Assembly: GCA_965662775.1 (NCBI GenBank)
Contig: CBFIIW010000001.1
Coordinates: forward strand, 10,515-74,514
DNA from: Alphaproteobacteria bacterium
GTDB lineage: Bacteria > Pseudomonadota > Alphaproteobacteria > UBA7985
Direction of reading: 5' to 3'
Length of the DNA: 64,000 bases
Shown piece by piece: positions 9,509-19,144 of this stretch. Position 1 is the stretch's first letter. The number at the start of each line of letters is the position of its first letter. The notes below the pieces were generated by a model, which had not been told where the DNA came from, did not search any database, and saw only the letters and a program-made list of their open reading frames with translations. Position numbers and translations under genes: made by a program.

Positions 9509-12500
9509 TTGGATCTCAGCGCCGGGCAGAGGATGAGCGGAACAGAAGAACAAAACGCTAACGCAACCTCATCAAATCGAGGGTTCGATGGTGCGCCCCC
9601 CATCCTGATCGGTGACGTGCCGGACGGGGCTGAGGCGTTCCTCGCTGCTGATATTGCTGGTAAAACCGGAAAACCGGTGATCTTTATTGCCCGCGATGAC
9701 AAGCGACTGGCGCGAACAGTTTCATTGTTACGCTTCCGGCTGCCCGAGGCCGAACTGTTGCGTTTCCCGGCGTGGGATTGCTTGCCGTATGATCGTGTAT
9801 CGCCAAAGGCGGACCTTGTGGCGACCCGGTTGGCGACGCTGGCTCGCCTGCTACGCAAGCCTCGCGATGGTGTTCAGCGCATTGTTATTACCAGCATCAA
9901 CGCCTTCATGCAGCGCGTGCCGCATCCCAACTTCATCCGCGATCTGTCCTTGCCTTTGCGCCCCGGGCAGGAGATCGGCTTTGAGTCCGTACAGACCCGG
10001 TTGGTGGATCTCGGATTCGAGCGCGTCTCGACCGTGACCGAGCCAGGTGAATTTGCCCCACGAGGCGGTATTCTCGATTTCTTCCCTGCCGGGCGGAGCA
10101 CACCAGTGCGGCTGGACTTTTTCGGTGATGAGATTGAGAGCATCAAAGCCTTTGACCCGCTGACCCAGCGCTCAGACGAAGTCATTAAAGGTGTGGTGCT
10201 CGGCCCCGTGCATGAATTTGTGCTCAGCGAAGACAGCATCGAGCGCTTTAGAACGGAATACCGTGAGTCTTTTGGTCGGGTGAAGGGGGAAGACCCGCTG
10301 TACGAGAGCGTGTCTGCAGGACGGCTTTACGCGGGGCTGGACCACTGGCTGCCTTTGTTCCACGAGCGCCTTGCGCTGTTGACGGACTTCGTGCCCGGTG
10401 CCGAGCTGGTGTTCGAGCCTGAAGTTGGTGCCGCTAAGGACGCTCGACTGGAAACCATCAATGATTTCTATCAGGCACGAAGGTCGGTGTTCGAGGCGGA
10501 GAAGAAGGATCATTCCTACAAGCCGATCGCACCAGACCGATTGTACGCAGATGAGTCTGATTGGATGGCGTTTCCGGCGCAGGGGCGATGTTGGCAGTTG
10601 ACCAGCTTTTCCGCACCGATCCAAGCTGATTTACCGCTTGCTGAGCATCAGTACCGCAGTGTTACGACGTTCGCCGAAGCGCGGCAGAATCCCGACCGTA
10701 GCATTTACAGTGCGGTGCGTGACCGGGCTGATAAAGTCCTAGGCGCGGAACGATCGGTGATTATCGCTGGTTTGTCTGCTGGTTCGGCCAACCGGCTGGG
10801 TCAGAACCTCGGCGAAGCGGGGTTGGAGGGCATCAAACCTCTGCGCCGCTGGGATTCGGCGCTCAGTGAAGAAGGGGACGATAGCCCCCGCCGTGTTTAT
10901 AATGCTGTACTGCCGCTGGAGCGTGGCTTCGAAGGCCCTGGTTTCGTGTTCTATACAGAGCAGGATATTTTGGGCGAACGGATCAGCCGTCCACGCCGCC
11001 GCCGCCGTTCAGAGAACTTTCTCACCGAAGTCAGCGGTCTGGCCACTAGTGATCTTGTGGTGCACGTCGAGCACGGCATTGGCCGCTATATCGGCCTGTT
11101 GACCATTGACCTTGCCGGCGCAGCGCATGACGTACTGCACATTGAGTACAGCGGCGGGGACAAGCTGTACGTGCCGGTCGAGAACATCGAGGTTCTGAGC
11201 CGCTTTGGAGATGCGCAGGGCGTAGCGCTGGACAAGCTCGGTGGTGCGGCTTGGCAGGCTCGGAAGGCGCGGGTGAAGGAGCGGATCACCCGAACAGCCC
11301 GCGATCTCATGCGCATCGCCGCAGAGCGCAAGCTGCGCAAGGCTGAAGTACTGGACGTGCCAGAGAGTGTGCTGGAAGAGTTCAGCCAAACCTTCCCTTA
11401 CAGCGAAACAGACGATCAACTTCACGCTATTGAAGACGTGATTGAAGATCTCGCGTCCGGTCGACCCATGGACCGACTAGTATGCGGTGATGTCGGCTTC
11501 GGCAAAACCGAAGTTGCCATTCGAGCGGCATTTGTTGCTGCTATGGCAGGGCAGCAAGTTGCGATTGTTGCGCCAACGACGTTGCTGGCGCGTCAGCATT
11601 TCCTGACCTTTCAAGAACGCTTCAAGGGGCTGAACCTTTCGATGGCGCAGGTCTCCCGACTGGTTCCCGCCAAGGCGCTCAACGCGACCAAGGAGGCGCT
11701 GGCAAAGGGCGAACTTGATATTGTCATCGGTACCCACGCTTTGCTTGCCGAGAGCATGAAGTTTGCCAACCTCGGTCTATTGGTGATCGACGAAGAACAG
11801 CGTTTTGGCGTCCGTCAAAAGGAGCGACTTAAGACATTGCGCCAAACCGTCCATGTCCTGACGCTGACGGCAACGCCGATCCCAAGGACGCTGCAATTGG
11901 CTCTAACCGGGGTTAAGGATCTTTCCCTGATCGCAACCGCGCCGGTCGACAGGCTTGCCGTGCGCACATTCATTATGCCGTGGGACGGTGTCATTCTGCG
12001 TGAAGCGCTGATGCGGGAGCAATTTCGCGGGGGGCAGAGTTACGTCGTCTGCCCACGGGTTCGAGACCTTGGAGACATGCGTGAACGACTGGCGCGTATC
12101 GCGCCCGAGCTCAAGGTGACGACGGCGCATGGACAGATGAGTCCGGGCGAACTCGAAGACGTTATGAACGCATTCTACGACCGCAAGTTCGATATTCTGC
12201 TGGCCACAAACATTATCGAAAGCGGTATCGATATCCCTTCGGTGAACACCATCATCATCCACCGCGCCGATATGTTCGGCCTGTCTGCGCTCTATCAGTT
12301 GCGCGGGCGAGTGGGGCGTTCCAAGCTTCGTGGTTATGGCTATCTGACTTTTGATGGCCAGCGCCGACTGACGTCCGATGCCCATCGACGGCTTGAGGTT
12401 ATGAAGACGCTCGACAGCCTTGGTGCGGGCTTTACCCTGGCCAGCCACGACCTCGATATTCGCGGTGCAGGTAATCTGGTTGGCGAGGAACAGTCCGGGC

Positions 12501-13078
12501 ATATCAAGGAAGTTGGTATTGAGCTTTACCAACAGATGCTGGAAGAGGCTGTGAGCGAAGTGCAGCTGGCTGAGGAACTTGGTGTCGATCTGGCGACTGG
12601 CGAGCTGCGCCAGCGCACTGACGATGATTGGGTGCCGTCGCTGAACACCGGGATTGCCGTCTACATTCCCGAGGAATACGTGGAAGCGCTCGATGTTCGT
12701 CTGGGGCTTTACCGCCGCGTGGGGATGTTACGCAGCAAGCCGGATATTGATGCCTTCCTCGTTGAAGTCGAAGACCGCTTCGGCCCCATCCCCGAACCGG
12801 TGCTGAACCTCCTGAAGACCGTAGAGTTTAAGATTAAAGCCCGTGCAGCCCGTGTGGAAAAGCTGGACGTGGGGCCTAAGGGTATCGTTGTCGGTTTCCG
12901 CGAGGATCGGTTCGCCCGGCCTGAGAAGCTGATCGCCTGGATCCGTGCCAATTCGCAGACCCTGTCGATCCGTCCAGATCAACGACTGGTGTTTAAGCGC
13001 CGTATCGAGAACGACGATGATCGCAAGAAAGCCATCTTGTCCGTGCTCAATAACCTCGAAAAGCTTGGAGTGAAGTAA
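9509..13078 (+). CDS. mfd: transcription-repair coupling factor Mfd
   Basis: 1189 aa. Contains the Walker A motif GDVGFGKTEVA, DEEQRFGV, ...LTLTATPIPRTL..., and the C-terminal TRCF domain. Confidence 0.95.
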   Translation: MDLSAGQRMSGTEEQNANATSSNRGFDGAPPILIGDVPDGAEAFLAADIAGKTGKPVIFIARDDKRLARTVSLLRFRLPEAELLRFPAWDCLPYDRVSPKADLVATRLATLARLLRKPRDGVQRIVITSINAFMQRVPHPNFIRDLSLPLRPGQEIGFESVQTRLVDLGFERVSTVTEPGEFAPRGGILDFFPAGRSTPVRLDFFGDEIESIKAFDPLTQRSDEVIKGVVLGPVHEFVLSEDSIERFRTEYRESFGRVKGEDPLYESVSAGRLYAGLDHWLPLFHERLALLTDFVPGAELVFEPEVGAAKDARLETINDFYQARRSVFEAEKKDHSYKPIAPDRLYADESDWMAFPAQGRCWQLTSFSAPIQADLPLAEHQYRSVTTFAEARQNPDRSIYSAVRDRADKVLGAERSVIIAGLSAGSANRLGQNLGEAGLEGIKPLRRWDSALSEEGDDSPRRVYNAVLPLERGFEGPGFVFYTEQDILGERISRPRRRRRSENFLTEVSGLATSDLVVHVEHGIGRYIGLLTIDLAGAAHDVLHIEYSGGDKLYVPVENIEVLSRFGDAQGVALDKLGGAAWQARKARVKERITRTARDLMRIAAERKLRKAEVLDVPESVLEEFSQTFPYSETDDQLHAIEDVIEDLASGRPMDRLVCGDVGFGKTEVAIRAAFVAAMAGQQVAIVAPTTLLARQHFLTFQERFKGLNLSMAQVSRLVPAKALNATKEALAKGELDIVIGTHALLAESMKFANLGLLVIDEEQRFGVRQKERLKTLRQTVHVLTLTATPIPRTLQLALTGVKDLSLIATAPVDRLAVRTFIMPWDGVILREALMREQFRGGQSYVVCPRVRDLGDMRERLARIAPELKVTTAHGQMSPGELEDVMNAFYDRKFDILLATNIIESGIDIPSVNTIIIHRADMFGLSALYQLRGRVGRSKLRGYGYLTFDGQRRLTSDAHRRLEVMKTLDSLGAGFTLASHDLDIRGAGNLVGEEQSGHIKEVGIELYQQMLEEAVSEVQLAEELGVDLATGELRQRTDDDWVPSLNTGIAVYIPEEYVEALDVRLGLYRRVGMLRSKPDIDAFLVEVEDRFGPIPEPVLNLLKTVEFKIKARAARVEKLDVGPKGIVVGFREDRFARPEKLIAWIRANSQTLSIRPDQRLVFKRRIENDDDRKKAILSVLNNLEKLGVK

Positions 13079-13160
13079 ACCTCCCCTCCGCAAAACGGGT
13101 TCCAATCTAGCCGATGAAAGCCGCGGATTGTATATTATGCGCGCTTGGCAGGAGGACAGC

Positions 13161-13682
13161 ATGATTCGTTTTCGTTCCCTTCTCAATTCGCTTGTGGCGC
13201 TGATAACCGCGTTTGTTGTGTTGGCGATCGCGCCCATACAGCGTGCGGTAGCGCAGGAAACGTTCATCACTGGTGAAGCGGGGGCAGCGTGGTTGGGGCT
13301 GCCTGTCATCGGAATGAGTTACGGTGAGCCCGCCATCACTACGCGTGTGGGCGTTGGAAACGCCTTCGATCACTTTGAAGTTGAATTCGATGTCGGTGCC
13401 GTGACCGGGTTGGACACAATTTTCACTGATGGTGTTCTGGTCGTGCCATCGATGGATATGCGCTATCTGTTTCGGCAGCCAGACCGGTCGGTCCGACCCT
13501 ACGTCGGTGGCGGGTTGGATGCCGTTTTCGTGGTGAGCCAGGGTATGGCCTTTGGGCTGCCGTGGGCCCATCTGACGCTGGGTGTCGATACAGCGGTGTC
13601 TGAGGATGCGTCGATCTACCTCGAAGCGCGGACCTACGCGCTTGAGTCCCAGCTCAGCTTGGGAACGAAGCTGACTTTCTGA
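13161..13682 (+). CDS. small outer-membrane beta-barrel-like protein
   Basis: Signal peptide MIRFRSLLNSLVALITAFVVLAIAPIQRAVA|QE. The sequence has alternating amphipathic stretches and a C-terminal ...GTKLTF aromatic end, typical of OMPs. Confidence 0.5.
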   Translation: MIRFRSLLNSLVALITAFVVLAIAPIQRAVAQETFITGEAGAAWLGLPVIGMSYGEPAITTRVGVGNAFDHFEVEFDVGAVTGLDTIFTDGVLVVPSMDMRYLFRQPDRSVRPYVGGGLDAVFVVSQGMAFGLPWAHLTLGVDTAVSEDASIYLEARTYALESQLSLGTKLTF

Positions 13683-13716
13683 ACGCGGTCTTCAGGTTCA
13701 CTGGCCAGTCAAGGCG

Positions 13717-14199
13717 TCACCATTTAGCCGCAGCCTTGTCGTCACTGTCCCGTGCTTCGACCCATTCGGCTGATCCGGTTCCATCGTCTTCAAGCTTCCA
13801 AAATGGCGCACGGGTCTTGAGGTAGTCCATGGTAAAGGCCGCGGCATCGAAAGCCGCCTGCCGATGGGCTGAGACTGCAATCACACTGACAATCCGTTCC
13901 CCCGGCACCATGGGGCCAACGCGATGCAGAATAGTGAGTCCCAGCAGCGGCCACCGCTGGGCTGCTTCCTGCCGGATTTCATGCAACGCGCGTTCTGTCA
14001 TGCCGGGATAGTGTTCCAGCGTCAGGCTGTCGTGCTCACCGTCCGAGATTGCTCGGACAAGCCCATCAAAGCAACAGACCGCGCCAATGTCAGTGTTGCC
14101 GGCGGTAATGCGGTCTTGCTCGGCGCCGGGGTCCAGCGGTTCAGGCGTGACCAGCACCCTGCCCAGAAGAACGCCGGCATGGGGGGCGCTATCCACCAT
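13717..14199 (-). CDS. moaE: molybdopterin synthase catalytic subunit MoaE
   Basis: Contains ...LEHYPGMTE..., ...ILHRVGPMVPGERIVSVIAVSAHRQAAFDAAAFTMDYLKTRAPFWK.... The start is at MVDSAP (or MERNM at 14211). Confidence 0.8.
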   Translation of the reverse strand: MVDSAPHAGVLLGRVLVTPEPLDPGAEQDRITAGNTDIGAVCCFDGLVRAISDGEHDSLTLEHYPGMTERALHEIRQEAAQRWPLLGLTILHRVGPMVPGERIVSVIAVSAHRQAAFDAAAFTMDYLKTRAPFWKLEDDGTGSAEWVEARDSDDKAAAKW

Positions 14200-15523
14200 G
14201 TTCCGCTCCATCCTGCATCTGGTCGGTTCCATCAGCAGAAGCCTGTGCGCTGAAGGTCCAGTCAAAGGCGGTATACAGCCCAATCTCGCCAGGATGAACA
14301 GCCAGGCGATCCGCCTCCAGCGCGATATAGCCCGTTGCCCAAGCGATTGAAGACAGAATGCCAGCGCCTTCGCGTGGGAACTTTTCGGCCCGCAACTGTC
14401 CCTGCGCATCAGGGCTGACACGAACACGAACGAACTCGATACGCTCTGGTTTTTTGCGATGAGCAAAGTCGAGGACCACAGGCACGGCGAGGGGCGCGGG
14501 CAAGGCTTCCCCCTGCAGCACCCGGATCAGGGGCAGGCCCGCAACGTGGAACATCATCACCGCTGCCGCGGGATTGCCCGGCAGCCCAACTACCGGACAG
14601 TCTCCAAATCGCCCCAACGCCAGCGGTCGACCCGGCTTCACGGCCAGCCGCCAGAACAGGATTTCTCCCCGGCGCTCTAAAACGTGCCGGACGATATCAT
14701 GATCGCCCGCTGAAACCCCGCCCGAGGTCAGGATTACATCGGCGTTCTTGCTGGCCAGCGAGAGCGCTTCCTCCACCTGTAACGCGTCATCGGGTAGAAT
14801 GCCGAGGTCTTGGACAACGCACCCGGCTCGCTCCAGCAGGCCGCGCAGGGTAAAGCGGTTGCTGTCGTAGATTGCCCCATCGCCTCGCTGTGAGCCGGGA
14901 TCGCGGACTTCATTGCCGGTGGAGAATAGCGCAACCACCAAGCGGCAATAAACCGAAACCTCTGCGACGCCGACACTGGCGAGACGGCCCACATCCGCCG
15001 GTGACAGGCGCTGACCCCGATGCAGGAGTTGGTCCCCGCGGGCAATGTCTTCACCTTGTTTCCGGGCGTTGGCCCCCTGCCGCAGACCGGCAGGCAGGCG
15101 CACTGATGCTGCACTGTCTGCTGATTGGATCTCTACAAGCGTGGCGTCTTCATCCATGAAGATCGTATCGGCGCCCGGTGGCAGAACCGCGCCGGTTAGA
15201 ATCCTGCGCGCGTGTCCAGCGAGGAGGGGAACGGGCGCGTCACCAGCGGTGGCGTAGCCTGAGAGCGGGAGCAGCGTCTCTGCTTCAGGGCGCAAGTCGG
15301 CAAATCGAACGGCGTAGCCGTCAACCGCTGAGTTGGGATGGGGTGGCACGTCGCCATCCGATTCGACCTTATGCGCAGAAACCCGCCCCGCTGCGTCGGA
15401 TAATGGGACAGTGTCGCGCCCAGGCAGCGCACGCGAAAATTGCAAGGCCGCCTTGGAAAGAGCCTCATCAAGCGGGATCAATCTCCCGCCAAAGGCGAAA
15501 CAGTCGTCACGCAGCTGAGCCAT
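14189..15523 (-). CDS. moeA: molybdopterin molybdenumtransferase MoeA
   Basis: Contains ...SGGVSAGDHD..., ...GLPGNPAAAVMMFHVAGLPLIR..., and the MoeA_C fold. The start MAQLRDD lies directly after the stop of the upstream desulfurase. The longer 483-aa ORF would overlap that gene. Confidence 0.85.
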   Translation of the reverse strand: MAQLRDDCFAFGGRLIPLDEALSKAALQFSRALPGRDTVPLSDAAGRVSAHKVESDGDVPPHPNSAVDGYAVRFADLRPEAETLLPLSGYATAGDAPVPLLAGHARRILTGAVLPPGADTIFMDEDATLVEIQSADSAASVRLPAGLRQGANARKQGEDIARGDQLLHRGQRLSPADVGRLASVGVAEVSVYCRLVVALFSTGNEVRDPGSQRGDGAIYDSNRFTLRGLLERAGCVVQDLGILPDDALQVEEALSLASKNADVILTSGGVSAGDHDIVRHVLERRGEILFWRLAVKPGRPLALGRFGDCPVVGLPGNPAAAVMMFHVAGLPLIRVLQGEALPAPLAVPVVLDFAHRKKPERIEFVRVRVSPDAQGQLRAEKFPREGAGILSSIAWATGYIALEADRLAVHPGEIGLYTAFDWTFSAQASADGTDQMQDGAEHGG

Positions 15524-15524
15524 A

Positions 15525-16679
15525 TCAGGTGACCCGCTGGTGCGCTGCCACCAGTGCCATTTCGAGGGCTGCCAAATTGGCTTTCGTGGTGTCTCGGCCG
15601 AGGCCGATGCGGAGGGTCTGCTGCGCAACTCGGGCATCAATCCCCATGGCGGTGAGCACGTGACTGGGTGCTACGTCGTGGCTTGAGCAAGCTGACCCGC
15701 TGGAAACCGCGATGCCGAAGTCAGCCATGGAAGCGAATAGCGTGTCTCGGGGTATCTCAGGGAAGCTCAAAGACAGGTTCCCCGGCAATCGCAGGGCTTC
15801 GTCGACCGGCCCGTTGAGGACGTAAGTGAGACTGCTGGTTTCTAAGCGATCTAGGAACGCCTGCTTGAGCTGGCGGTGTCGCGTCGCAAGATCAGTCTGC
15901 TCGCTAACAGCCCACCCGATGGCCTCACCCAGACCTACAATCAAGGGGGTGGGAAGTGTCCCGGCCCGGATGCCGCGCTCTTGACCACCGCCGTGCATCA
16001 GAGGTGAGAGGCGCACGCGGGGACGCCGGCGGACATAGAGCGCTCCAACACCCATGGGCCCGTAGATCTTATGTCCAGAGAGCGAGAGGAGGTCGACCTC
16101 TAGCGTCCGAACATCGAGGTCTACCTTGCCCACAGCCTGAGCTGCATCGCTGTGTAACCATGCGCCATGAGCGTGGGCGAGGGCGGCCGCTTTCGCGATT
16201 GGCTGGATGGTACCAACTTCGTTGTTGGCGGCCATGAGGCAAACAAGAGCCGTTTGATTATCGAGGGCGTCCGCGAGCGCCGCCAGATCAGCAAAGCCTT
16301 CGGCGTCAACAGGTAGAAAACAGACATCAAAGCCCTCCTCAACCAAGGCATTGGCCGCGCCAAGTACGCAGGAATGCTCGGTTTCAAACACCAGTACACG
16401 GCGCCGACCCTCATGTTTTGACCGAAATCGGGCCGCACCCAGTACAGCTATGTTGTTGGCCTCCGTTGCCCCAGACGTAAAAATTATCTCACGACTTTCG
16501 GCCCCGATTGCGTGGGCTGTTTGCTGGCGTGCAACGTCCACCCGATCCGCGGCGGCCAAACCACGATGGTGCTCAACCGAGGCCGGATTGCCGAAGCTTT
16601 CAGTCCACAGCGGCTGCATGGTTTGTGCAACCTCCGGTAGGAGCGGCGTGGTTGCGTGATGGTCCAGATAGTGTTTCAT
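15525..16679 (-). CDS. cysteine desulfurase (class V aminotransferase, NifS/IscS family)
   Basis: 384 aa with the PLP-lysine motif ...SLSGHKIYGPMGVGALY and the active-site region ...SSGSACSS.... It heads the moeA-moaE operon. Confidence 0.85.
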   Translation of the reverse strand: MKHYLDHHATTPLLPEVAQTMQPLWTESFGNPASVEHHRGLAAADRVDVARQQTAHAIGAESREIIFTSGATEANNIAVLGAARFRSKHEGRRRVLVFETEHSCVLGAANALVEEGFDVCFLPVDAEGFADLAALADALDNQTALVCLMAANNEVGTIQPIAKAAALAHAHGAWLHSDAAQAVGKVDLDVRTLEVDLLSLSGHKIYGPMGVGALYVRRRPRVRLSPLMHGGGQERGIRAGTLPTPLIVGLGEAIGWAVSEQTDLATRHRQLKQAFLDRLETSSLTYVLNGPVDEALRLPGNLSLSFPEIPRDTLFASMADFGIAVSSGSACSSHDVAPSHVLTAMGIDARVAQQTLRIGLGRDTTKANLAALEMALVAAHQRVT

Positions 16680-16779
16680 TGAGGTGATAACAATTCACTC
16701 AGTCTAACAACCGACGTATTTATCGGCGGAGATTAGGCCGAAGCTTGAGCTTAGGCTAGCGAGTAGAAAGAGGCGATCA

Positions 16780-17928
16780 GTGATACGTCGGGCAAGTTTA
16801 GTGGGAATGGCGCTTTTTGCCACCCTTCTGGCAGGCGAGTCAGGTGCTCAGTCGTCGGTCGATGCCGCGATTGCAGCATCGAACACTCATCTGGCGGACG
16901 GTAGTTTTGATAAGGCCCGCCGCGAGGTTTTTCAATCGCTGCGACGAAACCCGTCTGTGGCTGATCGCGACCGCTTGGTCGCTCAGTTGGACCGGATCAA
17001 CGCCAACGTGCCTTACTTTTTCTCACTGGGTTTTCACTCAGAGTTTACCACGGGTACTCGGCAGGATCTTTGGGACCACCGTCTGAATTGGCAGGGCGTG
17101 CCGCACTATACTGACGATACGCTGTCTGTCGTGGCGTCTGAGGCTTCGCTGCGCAATACCTTTGATCTGGGTTTTGGTTACACTTGGGAGCTGACCCCAG
17201 ACGTGGCTCTGATCGGTGGTGCAGATGCCTCGATCTACTACTTCGATGAGACCAACTTCATGCAGGCATGGATGCTGGAGCCCTACATCGAGCTCGATGT
17301 CAGTCTTGGTCCGTTGTTGGCTAACACGCATTTGGGCTACGGCTTTTCGTCGAAGAGCCGTGATAAGGTAGACTTTAACCCGAACTTTCCGCGGGTGACT
17401 GGTGCCTATCACATGAGCGCCGAGCAGGATGTTGGCTTTAAGTTTGCAAAAGATCAGATCGTTGGAACTGAGATAACCGTGCATCTGGGCGACGCCACTG
17501 ACAACGTGCAGGAGCCGGGCACTCGGTACGAGCACCTGACGCTTGAAACCTACTATGACGCGGGGTGGGGCGGCAGCCTCGATACCCGGCTCTTCGGCTA
17601 CGCACAGGTGTCATCTACGGATCCCGCCTATCCGGGCTTCCAGGCCTTTGGTGGCGGTGTCGAGATGGATCTGGGCCTGCCGCTTGGCTTTGGCCTTGTG
17701 GGGGACCTGCAGTACCGGATGCAGTCTGGTTTCGAGCCCTATCCTGACCGAAGCGAAGACCTTGACGTTACCAGTGTGTCCGGTGGGGTCGAACTGTCCA
17801 ACAGTCACTATAGCCTGCGTGGCTTTAAGCCGTTCTTGAATGCGGCTTTCGAGGACAGCAGCGCCACTTACGATGAATACACCGAGAGTAACATCGACAT
17901 CGGTGCTGGATTGCGTTTCTCCTTCTAA
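16780..17928 (+). CDS. outer-membrane beta-barrel protein of unknown function (possibly DUF560/Slam-like)
   Basis: Signal peptide MIRRASLVGMALFATLLAGESGAQS. A short helical N-domain is followed by a long beta-rich region ending ...GAGLRFSF with a terminal Phe. Confidence 0.45.
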   Translation: MIRRASLVGMALFATLLAGESGAQSSVDAAIAASNTHLADGSFDKARREVFQSLRRNPSVADRDRLVAQLDRINANVPYFFSLGFHSEFTTGTRQDLWDHRLNWQGVPHYTDDTLSVVASEASLRNTFDLGFGYTWELTPDVALIGGADASIYYFDETNFMQAWMLEPYIELDVSLGPLLANTHLGYGFSSKSRDKVDFNPNFPRVTGAYHMSAEQDVGFKFAKDQIVGTEITVHLGDATDNVQEPGTRYEHLTLETYYDAGWGGSLDTRLFGYAQVSSTDPAYPGFQAFGGGVEMDLGLPLGFGLVGDLQYRMQSGFEPYPDRSEDLDVTSVSGGVELSNSHYSLRGFKPFLNAAFEDSSATYDEYTESNIDIGAGLRFSF

Positions 17929-17965
17929 GCGCTAGAGTCCGGACTGTCGCTGTTGGAGACTTTCT

Positions 17966-19138
17966 GTGCTCATCCATTTTTTTGAAAAAATCCGTGCCTA
18001 CGGCGTGCCAGTCACCATTCGCGAGTTGCTGGACCTGATCAGAGCGCTGGAAGCTGGTGTGGTCCACGCCAACCTTGATGATTTTTATGCCCTTTCCCGC
18101 GCGACGTTGGTCAAGAATGAAGCCCACTTCGACCGCTTCGATCGGGCATTTGCCGACTTCTGGGACGGTGTTGCGAGCCTTGATGCGATATTTGGCGAAA
18201 TTCCTGAGGATTGGCTGCGAAAGATCGCTGAGAAGACCCTGAGCGACCAGGAGAAGGCGCAGATTGAAGCCTTGGGTGGCTTTGAAGCGGTGATGGAAGC
18301 CCTGCGCGAACGGTTGGAAAATCAGGAAAAGCGTCATCAAGGCGGATCGAAGAATATTGGCACCGCTGGCACCAGCCCCTTTGGTGCCTATGGCTATAAC
18401 CCGGAAGGCGTTCGTATAGGCCAGCGAGAAAGCCGTAATCAGCGAGCGATCAAGGTCTGGGACCGGCGAGAATTCCAAGACTTGGATTCGGACCGCGAGG
18501 TCGGCACCCGGAACATAAAGGTTGCACTGCGCCGCTTGCGCCGGTTTGCCCGCGAAGGCGCGGCAGATGAGTTGGATATTGACGATACAATTTCCAGCAC
18601 GGCACAGAATGCCGGCTTCCTCGATATCAAGTTGCGGCCGGAGCGACGCAATGCCGTCAAACTACTGATGTTCTTTGATATTGGCGGGTCTATGGATCCC
18701 TACATCGCACAGGTGGAGGAGCTCTTCAGCGCGGCCGCCAGTGAATTCAAAAACCTCGAATACTTCTATTTCCACAATTGCTTGTATGAGAGCGTGTGGA
18801 AGGACAACAGTCGCCGCAATCAGGAGCGTATGTCGACGTTTCAGGTCTTGAACACCTATCCGACCGACTATCGGGCGATTTTCGTCGGTGATGCAACCAT
18901 GTCTCCCTATGAGATTGCCTATGCCGGGGGCAGTGTCGAGCACTGGAATGCAGAGCCTGGGGCGCTTTGGATGCAGCGGGTTCTGCGAACCTATCAGAAC
19001 GCGGTTTGGATAAACCCGCAGGCTGAGGACACCTGGCAGTGGCACCAGTCAATCGAGATGATCCATGAAATTATGGAAGGGCGCATGTTCCCGCTTACGC
19101 TGGGCGGGCTGACCGACGCCATGCGCAGCCTGAGCTGA
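17966..19138 (+). CDS. VWA domain protein, CoxE-like (GTG start)
   Basis: The N-terminus MLIHFFEKIRAYGVPVTIRELLDL is typical of the VWA_CoxE family. A MIDAS-like motif FFDIGGSMDPY is present. Confidence 0.6.
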   Translation: MLIHFFEKIRAYGVPVTIRELLDLIRALEAGVVHANLDDFYALSRATLVKNEAHFDRFDRAFADFWDGVASLDAIFGEIPEDWLRKIAEKTLSDQEKAQIEALGGFEAVMEALRERLENQEKRHQGGSKNIGTAGTSPFGAYGYNPEGVRIGQRESRNQRAIKVWDRREFQDLDSDREVGTRNIKVALRRLRRFAREGAADELDIDDTISSTAQNAGFLDIKLRPERRNAVKLLMFFDIGGSMDPYIAQVEELFSAAASEFKNLEYFYFHNCLYESVWKDNSRRNQERMSTFQVLNTYPTDYRAIFVGDATMSPYEIAYAGGSVEHWNAEPGALWMQRVLRTYQNAVWINPQAEDTWQWHQSIEMIHEIMEGRMFPLTLGGLTDAMRSLS

Positions 19139-19144
19139 GGGAGA

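Noticed and set aside
12728-13309. 193-aa minus-strand ORF spanning the mfd 3' end and the OMP gene start
   Set aside because: It is antisense to two confidently called genes and has no features of its own.
14189-14260. MoeA C-terminal tail ending -GG as a possible fused MoaD
   Set aside because: Only about 24 residues lie beyond the MoeA_C domain. This is far too short for the roughly 80-aa beta-grasp fold of MoaD or ThiS.
17825-18478. 217-aa minus-strand ORF
   Set aside because: It is antisense to the CoxE-like VWA gene and overlaps the end of the beta-barrel gene. Its composition is Arg/Cys-rich and not protein-like.
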